DNA of 64,000 nt from Camelus dromedarius. Lineage: Eukaryota. Below, piece after piece: positions 38,566 through 51,922 of the stretch (position 1 is its first letter; each line of letters opens with the position of its first letter). The stretch spans positions 12,774,001 through 12,838,000 of the forward strand of contig NC_087438.1 in NCBI RefSeq assembly GCF_036321535.1. Direction: 5' to 3'. The notes beneath the pieces were generated by a model. It had not been told where the DNA came from. It searched no databases and saw only the letters and a program-made list of their open reading frames with translations. The translations under genes and the position numbers were made by a program.

Positions 38566-39798
38566 TTACATAAAATTTTAAAGATGGTAGTATTTAATTT
38601 GCTAAGGAAAATCAGGAGTGTTTATGCAGAGAAAACTTGTAAGGAAACTTGATAAAGAAGCTCTAACCAACATCAAATGGATCAACTGAAGTCAAACCTT
38701 TGCTCTGTGCTCACAGTAGGCAGTGGCCCATTTTCATGGAACAGCACAGCCAAGAAGCACCTTGGAGGTCATTTACGTGGTGTGCATCGTGCTGTCTCTG
38801 GAACTTCAGGAGGCTAAGGGTCTTATTAAGGCTGTTTCGTAAGCTAAGAGAAACATGACGGTCAGGACTCTGATGTCTTAAAAGAATATAGGTCTTTTTT
38901 TCCCTGTATCATGTATTTTTTTTGAAAACAGAACTGGCTATTTGGCAGTGGGCATGGGGAGTGAAAGCATGTGTTACAAGCTGGTTCACTAAGCAGTGGC
39001 TTATGCCCTTTTTGCTCAGGATCTGATTGCCATGTGCTTGAGTAACTCAACATTGTACTCATAAATTATGGTAAAAGCTATAAATAGATCAATCTGAAGT
39101 ATACATTTAGAGAAATTGATACTCTAGTAAGCAATCTTTGCAAGCTTTCCAGGGAAAAAAGCACATCTTTATAATCAAGGAAATAGCATTAACAACCACA
39201 ACCCTTTTAGCGCCTTTTATACAAATCTCCAAGGTGAATTCCACAAAATATTTTATCAGGAAATATTCAGTTAAAAAAAAGATGCTGTGAAGATTCAGTT
39301 TTTTATAAAAAGATGACAGCATAAATTACAAATTATTATATAAAACATGATGGAGACTGAGCAGTTTGAATGTTTCCTGTGGAAGTCATAGTTCTGAAGA
39401 AGAATAAAAAAGAAAATGGAACATAATCAAATAATTTAATTCAAAGACTTTGGGGGAAAAAATCAATGCTTATTTTGAGGGAATCATTCATGAAACTGGC
39501 CTTTTGAGTAAGCTGATGTAGCTGGACAATCATTTGTAGTGGCTGTGTTTAGGTTTGGGGGTATATTTATTCTCAGCCTTTGCTACAAAATGCCGAAATG
39601 ATGAAATTCATTGATCGTGACCTAAATAAATACCACAGGGAAAATACCTGCAGTTGGAAAATAGAGGGTTCAGCTTTAAAGCTTTGAGATTTTCAAAATG
39701 ACTCCTTCACGCCGAGTGCGGCGGTAGCTGGGCAGCTTTCTTCTTTCTGGAGCAATCGGTACATGTACCTGTCGGCCATGTTTTCTTTCTTAGCTACT

Positions 39799-39812
39799 GT
39801 TGCCAAGGTAAC
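39799..39812. promoter_or_regulatory. RFX X-box motif
   Basis: GTTGCCAAGGTAAC next to a CpG-retaining patch. Confidence 0.5.
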
Positions 39813-40659
39813 TACATCCTTTGTACAAGCCCAGGATAGCTGCTGCTTTTTGGAAATGGACTCTGGGCTGTTTGCCAGATTTTCAATTCTCATATTCAGG
39901 ACTTTACTTTAGCTTACTTAACCCTTTCACTGGCCTGAGAAAATATTGAGTACAAAAGCTTTTTAATTTTGTTATCCCCTGAAGGAAGCAGAAACTAGCA
40001 CATGACTGAAATCTAGAAATACCCTTTTGCCTGGACGTATGCTATGTTGACAAGGAAAATACACAAGATTTTTTTTTTTAAATAAAATAAGGGCAGACAA
40101 ACATGACTGATGTATTTCGGAACATCACAGTTCAGAGGTGATGATTTAAATCCAGTGTACTGTTCTCTGATTCTAGTTCAAGGCAGAGGAAAACTTATCT
40201 CACACTAGTACGAGGCAGTGGCTTTTTAGTATACTCCTTACTATTTTTTACTGAAATGCAAAATGTATTATTATTATTGTTGTTGTTGTTGTTATTATTA
40301 TTACAAAAGAGAAAATAAAATCTTCTAACCCAGTCTCCTTATAATCATTTGAAAAAATCGTATCCCTCAATTGTTCAGTTTCTTTGTTCCTGTCTCATTA
40401 GATTTCAAGATTTGAGAAGAGGCTTGACAGGTCTTCCAGTCTAACTTCTGATTCTTTCCTACTCATCATCTTGTGACATTGTTCACTATATTTTCAAGAT
40501 GTTAATGATTAGAAATTCTTCATATTTTGATGAAATGTGAGTTTCTATCCATCTCTTTGTTCTCTGTCTCTGTTTTGAAGTTATGCAGGAAAAATCTAGA
40601 CCTTTGTCCCTCTCAGAGCTCTTGAGAAGAACTGAAGACGGCTCTCACCCCTCCCCAAG

Positions 40660-41102
40660 GGTAGCAGCCGTGGAAGTGTGCCTTCAAAAGATCTGCTGGA
40701 TGAGCAGATCTGATTGACAGCCTCCAATGGCTGCACCCGTGGAGGCACTGGGGCACTGACAGGAGGACATCCTTCCCCCACGTTGCTCCGACTCAGTGAC
40801 TGAACACAGCTGCCATGCTGGAAGAACACTGTTTCTGCCCTGTAGACGCCAAGTTTGCCTCCAGGACTTTCCATAGGTCTGCCCAAGACTTTCACAGAAC
40901 TGAACTATGTTCTGAGGCTCTTCCTATACAATCCTCCCTTTCTTCTGTTTTTCACGGGTGTCAGTGCTGGATCACAGTCTTAAGACTCTTCTAACCTATT
41001 CCTGCTCTCTCCCTTCTGTCCTTGGAAGACATTTTCCAATAAATCTCTTGTATATCCAATCCCGTCTTGACATCTGCTTCTTGGGGGGCTCAAGCTGACA
41101 TA
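40660..41102 (+). mobile_element. LTR16A-like ERVL solo LTR
   Basis: gtagcagccgtgga...tgacagcctcca...ccaataaatctcttg...atcccgtcttgacatctgcttct. Confidence 0.85.
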
Positions 41103-43559
41103 CTAAGTGTTTCTTTCTTCAGGAGAAACATTCTCAGTTCATCAGCCTTTTTAATCCATGTGTACCACTCTGTAGACTTTTCTCTCGAGACGCACTCTAG
41201 TTTCTCAGTGAGGCACCCATGGAGAGCAAACATCTCCCGGGACTGTCTGAACAAGACAGACCAGAGCTGTACCTACTCTGACTTCTTGTATTCTGATCTA
41301 ATATTGTAATTAATGCATTTCAGGATGGCATTAACATTTGGGGCAGCTATGGCATTCTTTTGGTTCATAATGAGTTTGCAGAAAATCAAACGAACAGCTT
41401 GGATTCAGTTAAATAAAATTCAAGGGTACTTCAGCTATTCCATTCAAGCCCATTGGGATTTGAATCTACTAAGATTTTTTCACATCCACTTTTTGTAATA
41501 AAATTCCACCTTCCCCTATGCTATACAGGCAATGGAAAGCCTGGGCATAAGTATTTACGTCTGTTCTCAGTTTATAGTATTCTATAAATTCAGTCCCTCT
41601 CATCACTCATTATATTAGCTATTCCTTGGACCTCTGACTACTTTGAAATTCCATAAGCATGATAGCAATATTTACATCAAATATGTTGACTAAAATGCAC
41701 AGCCATGACCGAGGAGGAGCCAAAGAAATCTCTCCACGTTAAATCAATCATTACCTTTGGACAGGGTCATTAATTCAATTACATGTTTGCCCAATAATAT
41801 TGCCATTTATAGCATTTTTCTCCATCCTTTCCATGAGATATCATAAGAAAGTTTCAAATATATTACACACCTGAATGTGCTTTCTTGGTTTATAAATAAA
41901 CTATATCAAAACATCATATGATGTGTTTTAAGCACACGTGTGTGCTCATTATTTATTAATCCTTCCACTTCTTAGAACATAAAATTCATATTTTATGCTA
42001 TTCTAGAAAAACCTCATGAGAAATAGATATACTATTACATAATGGATATTTTAAAAAGATGAGGATAGCTTTTAAATACGCCAAACTAATATGAACTGAG
42101 TTTACCTTGGTACTATTAGCCACGTAAAGAAGTTAATAATATTTCAAGTCACTGTATATAATAAATGTAACTGAAAGCTTTTTTCTCTCTTGCTACATTG
42201 TTCAAAGTTAGGTTCTTAAAAGATGGTTCATTATAGAATCATAACAAAAAGAACTTCACTGAAAAGTCAGTTTTTATAAGCAAAGAAAATTTTAGGAAGC
42301 ACGATTAAGGAATTTGAAAGTCCAAAATCTCACTTAGGTAGAATTTCTCAAAACTTTGGATGTTTCCCATTTGTCATCGAAGGAGTTTGGAGATTTGTAA
42401 TACAAAATGATTTAATGCTCAACAATGTCATGTATCCCATTGGTAATCACACGGGATGTTGATTTGGGCTTTCCTGTTTCCCCCCCCATTTTAAGTAATA
42501 TAAAGCACATATGGATTTTATATCTGTTCACATGAATACAATATCCCAAGCAAAATATTAAAAAAAGAATGAAACTGACAGAAATGCATTTATTCTAAAA
42601 GCTACACTGAAAGAGTGCATGCTTAGAAGAATATATAATACATCCATTTTTATGAGGTTTATATACACACACATAGCGAATATATCTAAACTCAACTCTT
42701 TCATATGTTTTTTCCAGCTTTCTATGGTGAGAAGGCGAGGTTTTGATTTGTTATGTCTTGTTCTGTTTTTATGGTGAGAATGCAAGTTATTCCTCCATGT
42801 CCTGTCAAAAGAGTAGCGCCAGTTTTAGAAGAGATGGTTTTTAAACTCTCCTTGAAGTTGTATGTCAAAAGACAATTTATTCCCTCTTGAAAAACTTAAA
42901 TTTTGTCACACTCTGTTTTCACATACTAAGCTGGAATTTTGCTTCTTATGACTTGCTCACAGATTACATATATATATCTTAAATCTGTAAGCTTTAAAGT
43001 TCCACAGCCTAAGGTCTGTTTTTCTTTCATCCGACAGCTGTTTAAAATTTGAAGACAGAAAGTACTTTCTTCCCCAGAAATGGTTTTCTAAATCCTCTAT
43101 AATCTTGGACACTTTTTGGATATTGTCAGATTAACAACATTTTTCCTAAAATATATTGCCTCCAAATAAAAACAGCATTCCAGATGTGGTCTGATAAAAG
43201 CATGCATATTGGGCTTATTTTTACATGATCAAATAATTCATAATTTTCATTTAATACATGGTTACTAGCGTACTACCACAGTATCTATATTACTGGAGAC
43301 AAATGCCACTTTTCATCTCTGTCTTATTAGGAGATACAGGGCTATGGAATCACAGAATCTGGGTTAGAAAAGACTACCAAGAACTGTTAACACAACCGTG
43401 TCATTCTTTTACTTAGAATTTGTCATAGCCTTTCTGTCACTTGCCGCATAACCTCAGCTCTAAATGGTGCAAACAGCCCCGTCTGCTTTTCTCTCCTCGT
43501 TACTCATCTCTGGCTCTGTGATTTGTTTTCCAGCGACATGTTGTGTATCCCATAAACAA

Positions 43560-43920
43560 ATATCTTTCAGGGGCTTTTTTCTCATGCTATTCTCTCTGCC
43601 TAGAATGCTCTTTCCAATGTGATGTCTCAGTTAAAGGTTACATATCCTTTAAGAATCTTTACAGAGATTGATTCATCAAGGAAGGTTTTTAATCTTTTTA
43701 AAGCCCTGAGGCTGGGTTAGGTGCTCCTTGTCTTGTGCCCACAATGTTTCAAAAAACCCTGTCACTGCAGTTAGCAGTTTATCATGGTTTCTAATTTATT
43801 GGTCTATCTAGAAAACTGAGGTTATTGACTAGTAATATTTATCTCTTTGTTAATAGTATTTGGTAAAACATCAGAAACGTAGCATAAGTGAAACCCATGA
43901 TTAATTAGGAGAGAGTGAAT
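43560..43920 (+). mobile_element. L2 fragment
   Basis: cagggcttt...catgctattctctctgcctagaatgctctt...ctgggttaggtgctcc. Confidence 0.65.
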
Positions 43921-44084
43921 TTCATAAATTAGGAAATTAAAGTTCAGAGCAATTAACTGCCGTGTCTAAGGACACAGAGCTGAATTTTGATAACTAAGAC
44001 ATATCCATGAAATTTGACATAGTTTAATTAGTTCAATTTTTGAAAAGTTAGTTTTTGCATCTTAGAGGAAACCCATGCAGATGT

Positions 44085-44490
44085 GTATCTTATGTCCCGT
44101 CTCTAGAAAGGCAGCATACTTTTGCAGAAAGGAGAGTGTTAGCCCAATATTTATGCATTAAGACCTTTCATGGAGAGTGTAGTCTGGGAGGCAGAAGAGA
44201 GAGAAAAGGGGGACGAGTCAGGGAATGAAGGAAGCAAAGATCAGGAGGTGCATTACTGATCTAGCCATTTTTGACATCAGGACAATGATGTTTGATTTGG
44301 CAGGACTGTTGTTGGAGAGGTGGCATGATCTACTGGATATCCTGACAGTCATTCTGGAGGATGAGAGGGAGGTAATTTGCTAAGTTTTTCTCCTACTGAT
44401 CTAATTAGTTCCATGGGGACTGCTTCTTTATGCTTCTAGACTGAACACATATGATTGTCAACTGGTTCCTAGAATGTTTTAACTGTCAGG
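44085..44490 (-). mobile_element. LTR41-like ERVL LTR
   Basis: ggagagtgtagtctgggaggcag...agggaatgaaggaagcaaa...gcattactgatctagcca. Confidence 0.55.
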
Positions 44491-44879
44491 GAGGACTTGT
44501 TTCAATGTGCTTCAGTTTCACTATTCCTATATGAAAATTGCTTCCTAACATTGTAGCTCAGATTCATCTTATTAGATTTTGATCTATGGAGTTATTTCCT
44601 TGCTAAAGGTGAGACTGATACTCTGACTCTTTTCCCCCAAACATTTGGGGCACTAGAGTGGAAGAAAGGAAGTAATATGCACCTGCAAAATAGGAAAAAG
44701 GCAATTATGAAATATAATAAATTAATTTCCCTTAATTTTCTACATAATGTCATATTGTAAAACATTTTTGTGGTGATGTTGTCCATGGAGTTTCCTTAGG
44801 AAATTTAATGGTCTTTATCCTTTGTCATTTTTAGAAGTCCTACACTGTTCTTATGTTCATAAATTTGATAATTATCATT

Positions 44880-45500
44880 CACCAGTTTCTGTTACTCCAA
44901 GAGATGGTATGTTAAACTTGTTTTCTAGTGGCTTATTGAACTGACAGAAAAAAGAAATAACACCTAAAAACAATGATAAGTCTTTCTGATTCCCTAATAA
45001 AGTCTCCAGGTATAAGCATGATTAAAATTTTGGTATATGTTCTTTCAGATTTATATACACCATATGTGTGCAAACACCTGGGGAAATTTTTCTGCATATG
45101 CTGCTCTGTAACCGGCTTCTTAAGCTTTCTTTCTCTTTCCTTCCCTTCATTTTTCCTTTCTACTCTTTCTTCCTTCTTGTAATTACCAACACTACGGTGA
45201 TTATTCTATTTCTGTAACTCTGAGTAAATATGCATGTAGTTGTAAAAGTGGAATTGTTAGCGCAAAAGGAAGGCATGATAGTTGTTACAAAATATGTTAT
45301 ACCAATTGACCCTCTTTAATTAGTTGAGTGTTCTCAGTCCCCCTTCATATTCAACTGGTTAAATATTTTGATATTTGCCAATCTGATGCATGAAAAATAT
45401 CCCATTGTTCTTATTTACATTTATTTAGTTATTACTTAAGGTTCAACATCGTATTATTTATTTATTGGCCAGTACTGTGAATTGCTTTTTTTCTTATAGA
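44880..45500 (-). mobile_element. Old L1ME-type 3' fragment
   Basis: aaagtggaattgttag...tttgccaatctgatgcatgaaaaat...tttattggcca. Confidence 0.55.
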
Positions 45501-45504
45501 CATC

Positions 45505-46021
45505 TTTATTTTATTTTTTTTAATTGAAATATTGTTAGTTTACAATACTGTGTCAATTTCTGGTGTACAGCATAATGTTTCAGTTATACATATACATGCA
45601 TATATTCATTTTCATATTTTTTCATTATATGTTACTACAAGATCCTGAATAAAGTTCTCGGTGCCACACCATAAGTTACTATGAGATATTGAATGTATTT
45701 TCCTGTTCTATACAGTATGAACTTGTTTATTTTATACATAGAAGTTAGTATCTGCAAATCTCAAACTCCTAATTTATCCCTTCCCACTCCCTCCTCTCCG
45801 GTAACCTTAAATTTGTTTTCCATGTCTGTGAATCTGTTTCTGTTTTGTAAATAAGTTTGTTTGTCTTTTTTTTTTTTTTTTTTAAGATTCTACATATAAG
45901 TGATATCATATGGCATTTTTCTTTCTCTTTCTGGCTTACTTCACTTAGAATAACATTCTCTAGGTCCATCCATGTTGCTGAAAATGGCATTATTTTATTA
46001 ATTTTTTATGGCTTAATAGTA
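45505..46021 (-). mobile_element. 5'-truncated camelid-type L1
   Basis: ORF 45769..45990 gives [25 protein letters not shown] (L1 ORF2 C-terminus); poly(T) tail at left. Confidence 0.93.
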
Positions 46022-46399
46022 TCTACAATCTTAATTCTCTTCTATTATATAACTGAACTCATCCACAGGTCAGGGATGAGGACATGGGCATCTTTGGGGC
46101 CCATTACTCTGTTTCTCACAAGAGAAGAGGGGATTGTGATCTTGTGTGAGTGTGTAGCACTGGAGGAGAATATGGGTGGTGAGAAAATACAGTCTTATTT
46201 ACCATGGTAAAGAATTTAGATTTTAAACAAGAGCCAGCCATCGGAATATTTCAAGAGGGACATGCCGTGATTTGATGTAAGTTTTAAATGATATTTTAAA
46301 AATCAATGTCTTATTGCTTATGCTAATGGTTTGCTATTGGAGATGAACTTTAGAGCAAAAAAAGATGAAATATATATATATTTTCAGAAAATACAGCAA

Positions 46400-47520
46400 C
46401 AATTTTGATTGAGCCCATACTGACTTTATATAAATATTTGGCAAATGGCATTTTTATAACATTGAGTCTTTCCACTGTACAAAAATCTGTCTTTTCATAC
46501 ACCCAACATTCTTTGTGTTAATTTTTTTTTTTACCTTTTGCCTTGGAACTGTGTATTTAATATTCAGACTAAAATTAGATATTATATAGAATTTTAAAAT
46601 ATTTTAATGAGATATAATTGATAATTGTTACTTAACTTAAGTGCTATTGATTTTTATATTTTTAAAAATCTGACAAGCTAGCAAAACTTTCTTAATATTT
46701 TTCACTTAATATATTTTGGCTTTCCAATTAGATAATTTTCATATAACGTTTATTCCTTCCTTTTAATACTTATACATCTAAATTTTTTCTTAACAATATG
46801 TGCTGACAAGGGCTTACAGAACATCAATTAATAATAGAAATGCTAAGTGTAGGTATTGATTAGTAATGAGTGCTTAATTTTGTTAAATGCCTTTTTTTTT
46901 TAGCATTCTCTATTAATGTGTAATACAATGAATTACATCATTAGATTTTTTAATACTGTACTATTCTTACCTTCCTAGAAAAATGAGCACTATTTTTGAC
47001 ATAGTATTCTTTTACTTCTGTTGGATTTTATGAATTTATACTTTTAGAGTATTAATACATCATATACACGTATGTGATATTGATGTATCATGGTTTTCAT
47101 GCCATCTTTGCTCATTGAATATTAGCGTTATAGCAGCTTCATAGAAAATATTTTAAGGGTTTCTTATTTCTGGAATAAAATAAAAAACTTGACCCTTTGC
47201 TAAAACCTACCTGGAAAGTCTTATGGGTCAAGTGCCTTTGTTACTGGTCTTTGTAGGCTTTCTAAATAGCCTTTTATTAGGTGAGGTTAGTCGTTTATAT
47301 TTCTAAATAAAATATTTGTATTGGTACATTTATGGTATAATGTTATACTTTATCCCTCTACAGTATTTTAATCCTCTTTGTCTCTATAATTTTTTTTTCT
47401 CATTTATATATTCTTGGGAATGGTTACTAGGAGGTTGTATTTTCTCAGTATTTTTAAGAATCAGCTTGCTTTCATCTATTATACTTATTTAAAATATTAA
47501 TTTAGATTTTATTGGTGCTG
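46400..47520 (-). mobile_element. Very old L1 ORF2 fragment(s)
   Basis: ggcatttttataacattgagtcttt...gggcttacagaaca...ttttgttaaatgcctttt...attagattttttaatactg. Confidence 0.55.
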
Positions 47521-49299
47521 CCACTTGACATTTGGGGGTAGAAGACTGACTACAGAGCACATGTACTGAGATACAGTTCGCATAGGATGAGAGACTCACG
47601 CTCTGTTCAAGAAGAATAAAATGTCTTCGTTCATTATCTATTTTACTGCTTAGATCGAATGTTTTAAAATTTCAGCAACTCCTTTTTAAAATTCCTTTTA
47701 TTCCTTTTTGGATTCATTTGTAATAGTATCTTGCTTTTGATTTACAGATGTAAGAGGTTCGCAATTTCTCGTGAGAATACTAACATCTCTCTACTTTTCT
47801 GCATTAACCTTGTTTCGTTAGAGAAAGTGGACTTACTGACTTTGTTTGGGCTTCTTTTCAGGGTGTTGAGAATCCTCCAATGTCATATTATCCAACAATA
47901 GTGCCAATCTTTAGAGCTGATGGAGTATATCCATACATTGCAGCTGGCACGGACTTCATAAAGCACTGAGCCAAGAGTCTACATAGTTTTGTCAACAGGT
48001 AGACGTGCTACCTTTTTCTGTCTGTTACAAAATCAGTTTGCATTGCTACAGGCACATTTTATATCTATACCAACACTTTGGGTTTTTGTTTTGTTTTTGA
48101 CTGTTTTGAGTTTCTTCACTATGGAAAAACCAGACACTAATGCTTTGAGAAGTCACTCTTTTCCCGGTTGTGGTAGAGTTGTTAAAGTTCTTGGGTTTGC
48201 TTCCTGGTGTCTACTTTCTAAACCAACCAAATTTCCATCTTCTGATGGTGAGGTATTAGAAGTGTCTGTTTCTGGCCTGAATTCTGGCTGCCAGTTGTAA
48301 GAGTATAGGGAAGGATTTACTGTAAATATTAGTTTCTGGGGAATTTATGGCTGTGCTGAGTCATTTCATCCTGCATGTGCATTGTGGTTGGAAGTTAGCT
48401 GGAGAACTATTTATCTTTTCTCTCTCTCCTAACACCAATAATCAAAGTCGGCTTTGGCAAAATTCCCACTTTTCTTAGTAACCATTCCAAGCCAAATCCA
48501 AGCGTAGTGTAAATTATACAGTCAGGTGTGTCTAGGGAGGAGAGAACTGTTGACGTTACTCTGCAGTCTTCCACATGACCTCCCTGTCACTTCTTCTTTC
48601 AGCACTACATTTTTGGATTATTTTGTTGAAAAATATGTTACACTTATCCTTTAGCGTAACTTGCTTCTGCTTGAGTTCAGTAATGAGTGGTATTCACTTG
48701 ATGTCAAGGAATTTTCCAATTTTTGTCCACTGATAGGACACGTCTCTGTATAATGTCTTTCTTTCCCTTTATTTTTCTTATATGTAGTATTAGAATAGTA
48801 TTTAGGAAGGAAGAAATGTATCTTGAGCTACGTGTCATCAAGAAACTGGAATGTGAAATTGGATTCTTTTAACATTTAATTTGATTTTTCTATATGTGCT
48901 CTTTCTTCTAGAAAGTTCTTCCTAAGGCATTCTAAACTCTCATCCAACACTGACTTGGTTTGACAATGTTAATGTAATAAGTTATAGAGTTGAGGTAAAG
49001 TATGTCCAAGATCTATGGGTCCACAGTGATGAAGAACAACTTGTGAGGCATCTCATTGGAATAGGTGGGATTAATGGCCCTATTGGTTCTGAAGGCTCTT
49101 TTTTTTTTCCAGCTTCTGGAAATGCAATTATATGTAAATGCTTTCTATATTTCTCCCAGCTCCATATTGGGAGTGTAAGGACTGAGAACCCAATTCATCC
49201 AAAAAATATTGTAGAACTCTCCCATTCTTCCGAAAAGTCTGTTCAATTTTTGTGGCTATCTGACAATATATTGGTTTAACCTTCTATGTTCAGGTAGCT

Positions 49300-49440
49300 A
49301 AAGCATTATTTTATTATCTACATTTTGCAAATGTGGCAAATGAGACACACAAAATTTAGGTAAATCTCAAGCTATCTACTGGGAAAAATGCTAGAATTCA
49401 AAGTCCCCTTCTAGTATAGTTCTGCTTTTTCTACATAGAA
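49300..49440 (-). mobile_element. MIR core fragment
   Basis: ttattatctacattttgcaaatgtggcaaatgagacaca. Confidence 0.5.
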
Positions 49441-50899
49441 TTACCTCTCTGAATATGAGTGAAAAATTTAGTCAACAAATATTTTATCAAGAATCTAATT
49501 TTCAATATACCAACATGGTCAGGAGAGACAAACAAAAGTAAATATTACATGAATCTAAAGAATTTGCAATTATCTGCCTGAAGAAAGGAGAATGAAGATA
49601 ATAAACTTATCTGTATCGTGCTTATTAATGGAGATAACAATCGTTATAAACAACCAAAACAACAGCAAAAAGATCCACAGCATTTTAGTAATCCCGGGGT
49701 TTTAGAGTGAAGATGGTATCTGTACAATGTTACAGATTAGGGATTGGCTCAGACATGTTAACCTACAATGGTTTCGTGGAGCATCCTGCAGAATTCGATC
49801 TCTCTGGAAACTGTTGCCCGTCTTGAGTCATTGTGGATGCTTCCTGGTCTCTGGATGACTTCTTGGCTCCAGCTCTTTACCATGAAAATTGGCCTCGGTC
49901 CCACTTGGCTCTGTATTTCTTTGACCTCTGGCTGCCCCTACCCACCCCTGTGACCTGGGTCTTTACCAGAAACTGAACCTGCTGCTCACTTGCTGCTTTT
50001 CAGTACTGACTCTGCAAATTCCTGGTCTAAATTCTGCTTAGCCTGGCAGCAAGTGTCAGTGGGGACATATGTAGGCAAAGCAAATGGAGGGTTATATAAT
50101 GACCAAACAAACAACTCTTGCCAAATTCAGTTCAGGCAGAAGCATTCATTTTGATGAGGGTTAGGCATATAGAAAAGGAGTCTTTTGATCAGAGCTCTTA
50201 ATTGAGTGCTTTCAGGCTTTGATATCCATTTAATAAAAGGTACCTAACTTTGCCTTTTTGAGCAAGCAATTATTGCCCCATGCATTGAGTAGTGAGAGGC
50301 AATTAAAAAATAATCTGTAACCCAAATGTCTGTTGTAGAAAAGATAACTGAAAAACAGTCAGTGAAATAACCTTAAAAATTTAAAATTTTCTTTTTTTAT
50401 TTGCATGGTTCAGGACCACAGATTCAAATTCCTGATGGACACTATTAGCTCCATGTTAGCTAAGTCTCTGGATTAGAATGAAATCTATTTTCTCTCCCTC
50501 TCTCCCTTTCTGTTTTCCGCCCTGCTTCCCTTTCTTTCTACTTACTTCTTTCTTTTTCTGTCTTCTCTCTCTGTCTCTGTCTCCATTTCTTCCAAGCGGA
50601 AGATATTTGTTATAGGTAGTAGTTAGGAAGAACTTGATTTCCAACTATAATTAATGTCTTCAGAGAAGTGTCTTACATGAAACAAGGTTGCTAAAAATTG
50701 GAGACTTTGTCTGCTTGTTTCTGAAAGAAGCTTCTTGAGTAATATTATAGAAGAAAAGATCCTGTCTCTCAAATGAAGACTGTTTTTCTATCACAAGTAT
50801 TGATCCACCATCAGAAACAAAACACAAAGAGGTCAAGCTCAATGTTCTAGTTACTCTTTATCTTCCTCTACGTTAAAAAAAAATGAGGCCTTCTAAAAT

Positions 50900-51345
50900 G
50901 TATAATATTCAATTATGGTTTTTATTTGTATTTCCCTAATTACAATGTTTAACATCTTCAAATCTTTATACGTTCCTATTTGCCATCTGTATCTTTTCTC
51001 TGGTGAATGTTTATTCAAATATTTTGCCCAAGTTTTATTGGGCTGTCTTCTTATTACTGAGTTGTGAGAGTTCTTTATACAATCTGGATACGTATCCTTT
51101 ATCAGATACATGTTTTGCAAATACTTTCTCCCAGGTTGTGGCTTATCTTTCCATTGTTTAATTTGACTAACTGTAATTTGTAAATTTTTAGTGGTTGGTG
51201 ACTTACCTCTTCTATCTAAACAAATCTTTGCCTAATCTAAAGTTATAAAGATTCTCTCTCATAATCCTTTTTGGAAATTTCATAGTTTTAGGTTTTATAA
51301 TTAGATTTCTATAATATTTAAACCACATTAGAAAGTAATTTTGTG
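50900..51345 (-). mobile_element. L1M ORF2 segment (inverted part)
   Basis: ORF 50893..51120 is L1 ORF2-like (…IREIQIKTI…); tcctttatcagatacatgttttgcaaata. Confidence 0.85.
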
Positions 51346-51922
51346 GTTTCTGATAAGTCAAGCATATCTTTATCGTTTGATCTAGCATATCACTCCTAGG
51401 TATTTACTCAAAAATAAAAATAAAATAAAAGTAAAAAGAAAACATTTGTCTGTAAGGTTTTCTATGCATGAATGTTTATGGTAGCTGTTTTCATAACTGC
51501 CCAAAATGGAAACACACCAAATATCCATCAACTGGTTTATAGATAAACAAATTATAGTGCACACATATAGTACAATAAGAAGAAAAACTACTAATATATA
51601 CATCCACATGAAATGGGTAAAAAACATGATGCTAAGGGAAAAGGCTCAAAAACTGGTATATTATCTCATTTATACAATGTTTTAGAAAAGGCAAAACTGT
51701 AGAGACAAAAATCAGATTATCAGTTACTATGGGCTAAGGATGGGGGGAAAGGATTAATCACAAAGTAGAATAAAGAAACTTTTTAAGAAATAAAAATGAT
51801 CTTCACTTCAATTTTGTTGGAGGTATGTGACTGTTTATGTTGTTCAAAACTCTGTGAATTGTATATCTAAAAAAGGTGAACTTTGCTAAATGTAAATTGT
51901 ATCTGGAAAAACCTGAGTAAAT
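51346..51922 (+). mobile_element. L1M 3' end (sense part)
   Basis: cactcctaggtatttactcaa...tagaaaaggcaaaactgtagagac...tgtaaattgtatct. Confidence 0.85.

Noticed and set aside
46198..46211. Perfect palindrome TTTACCATGGTAAA as a fifth X-box
   Set aside because: Lacks the outer G/C bases of the RFX consensus and lies in L2-like sequence
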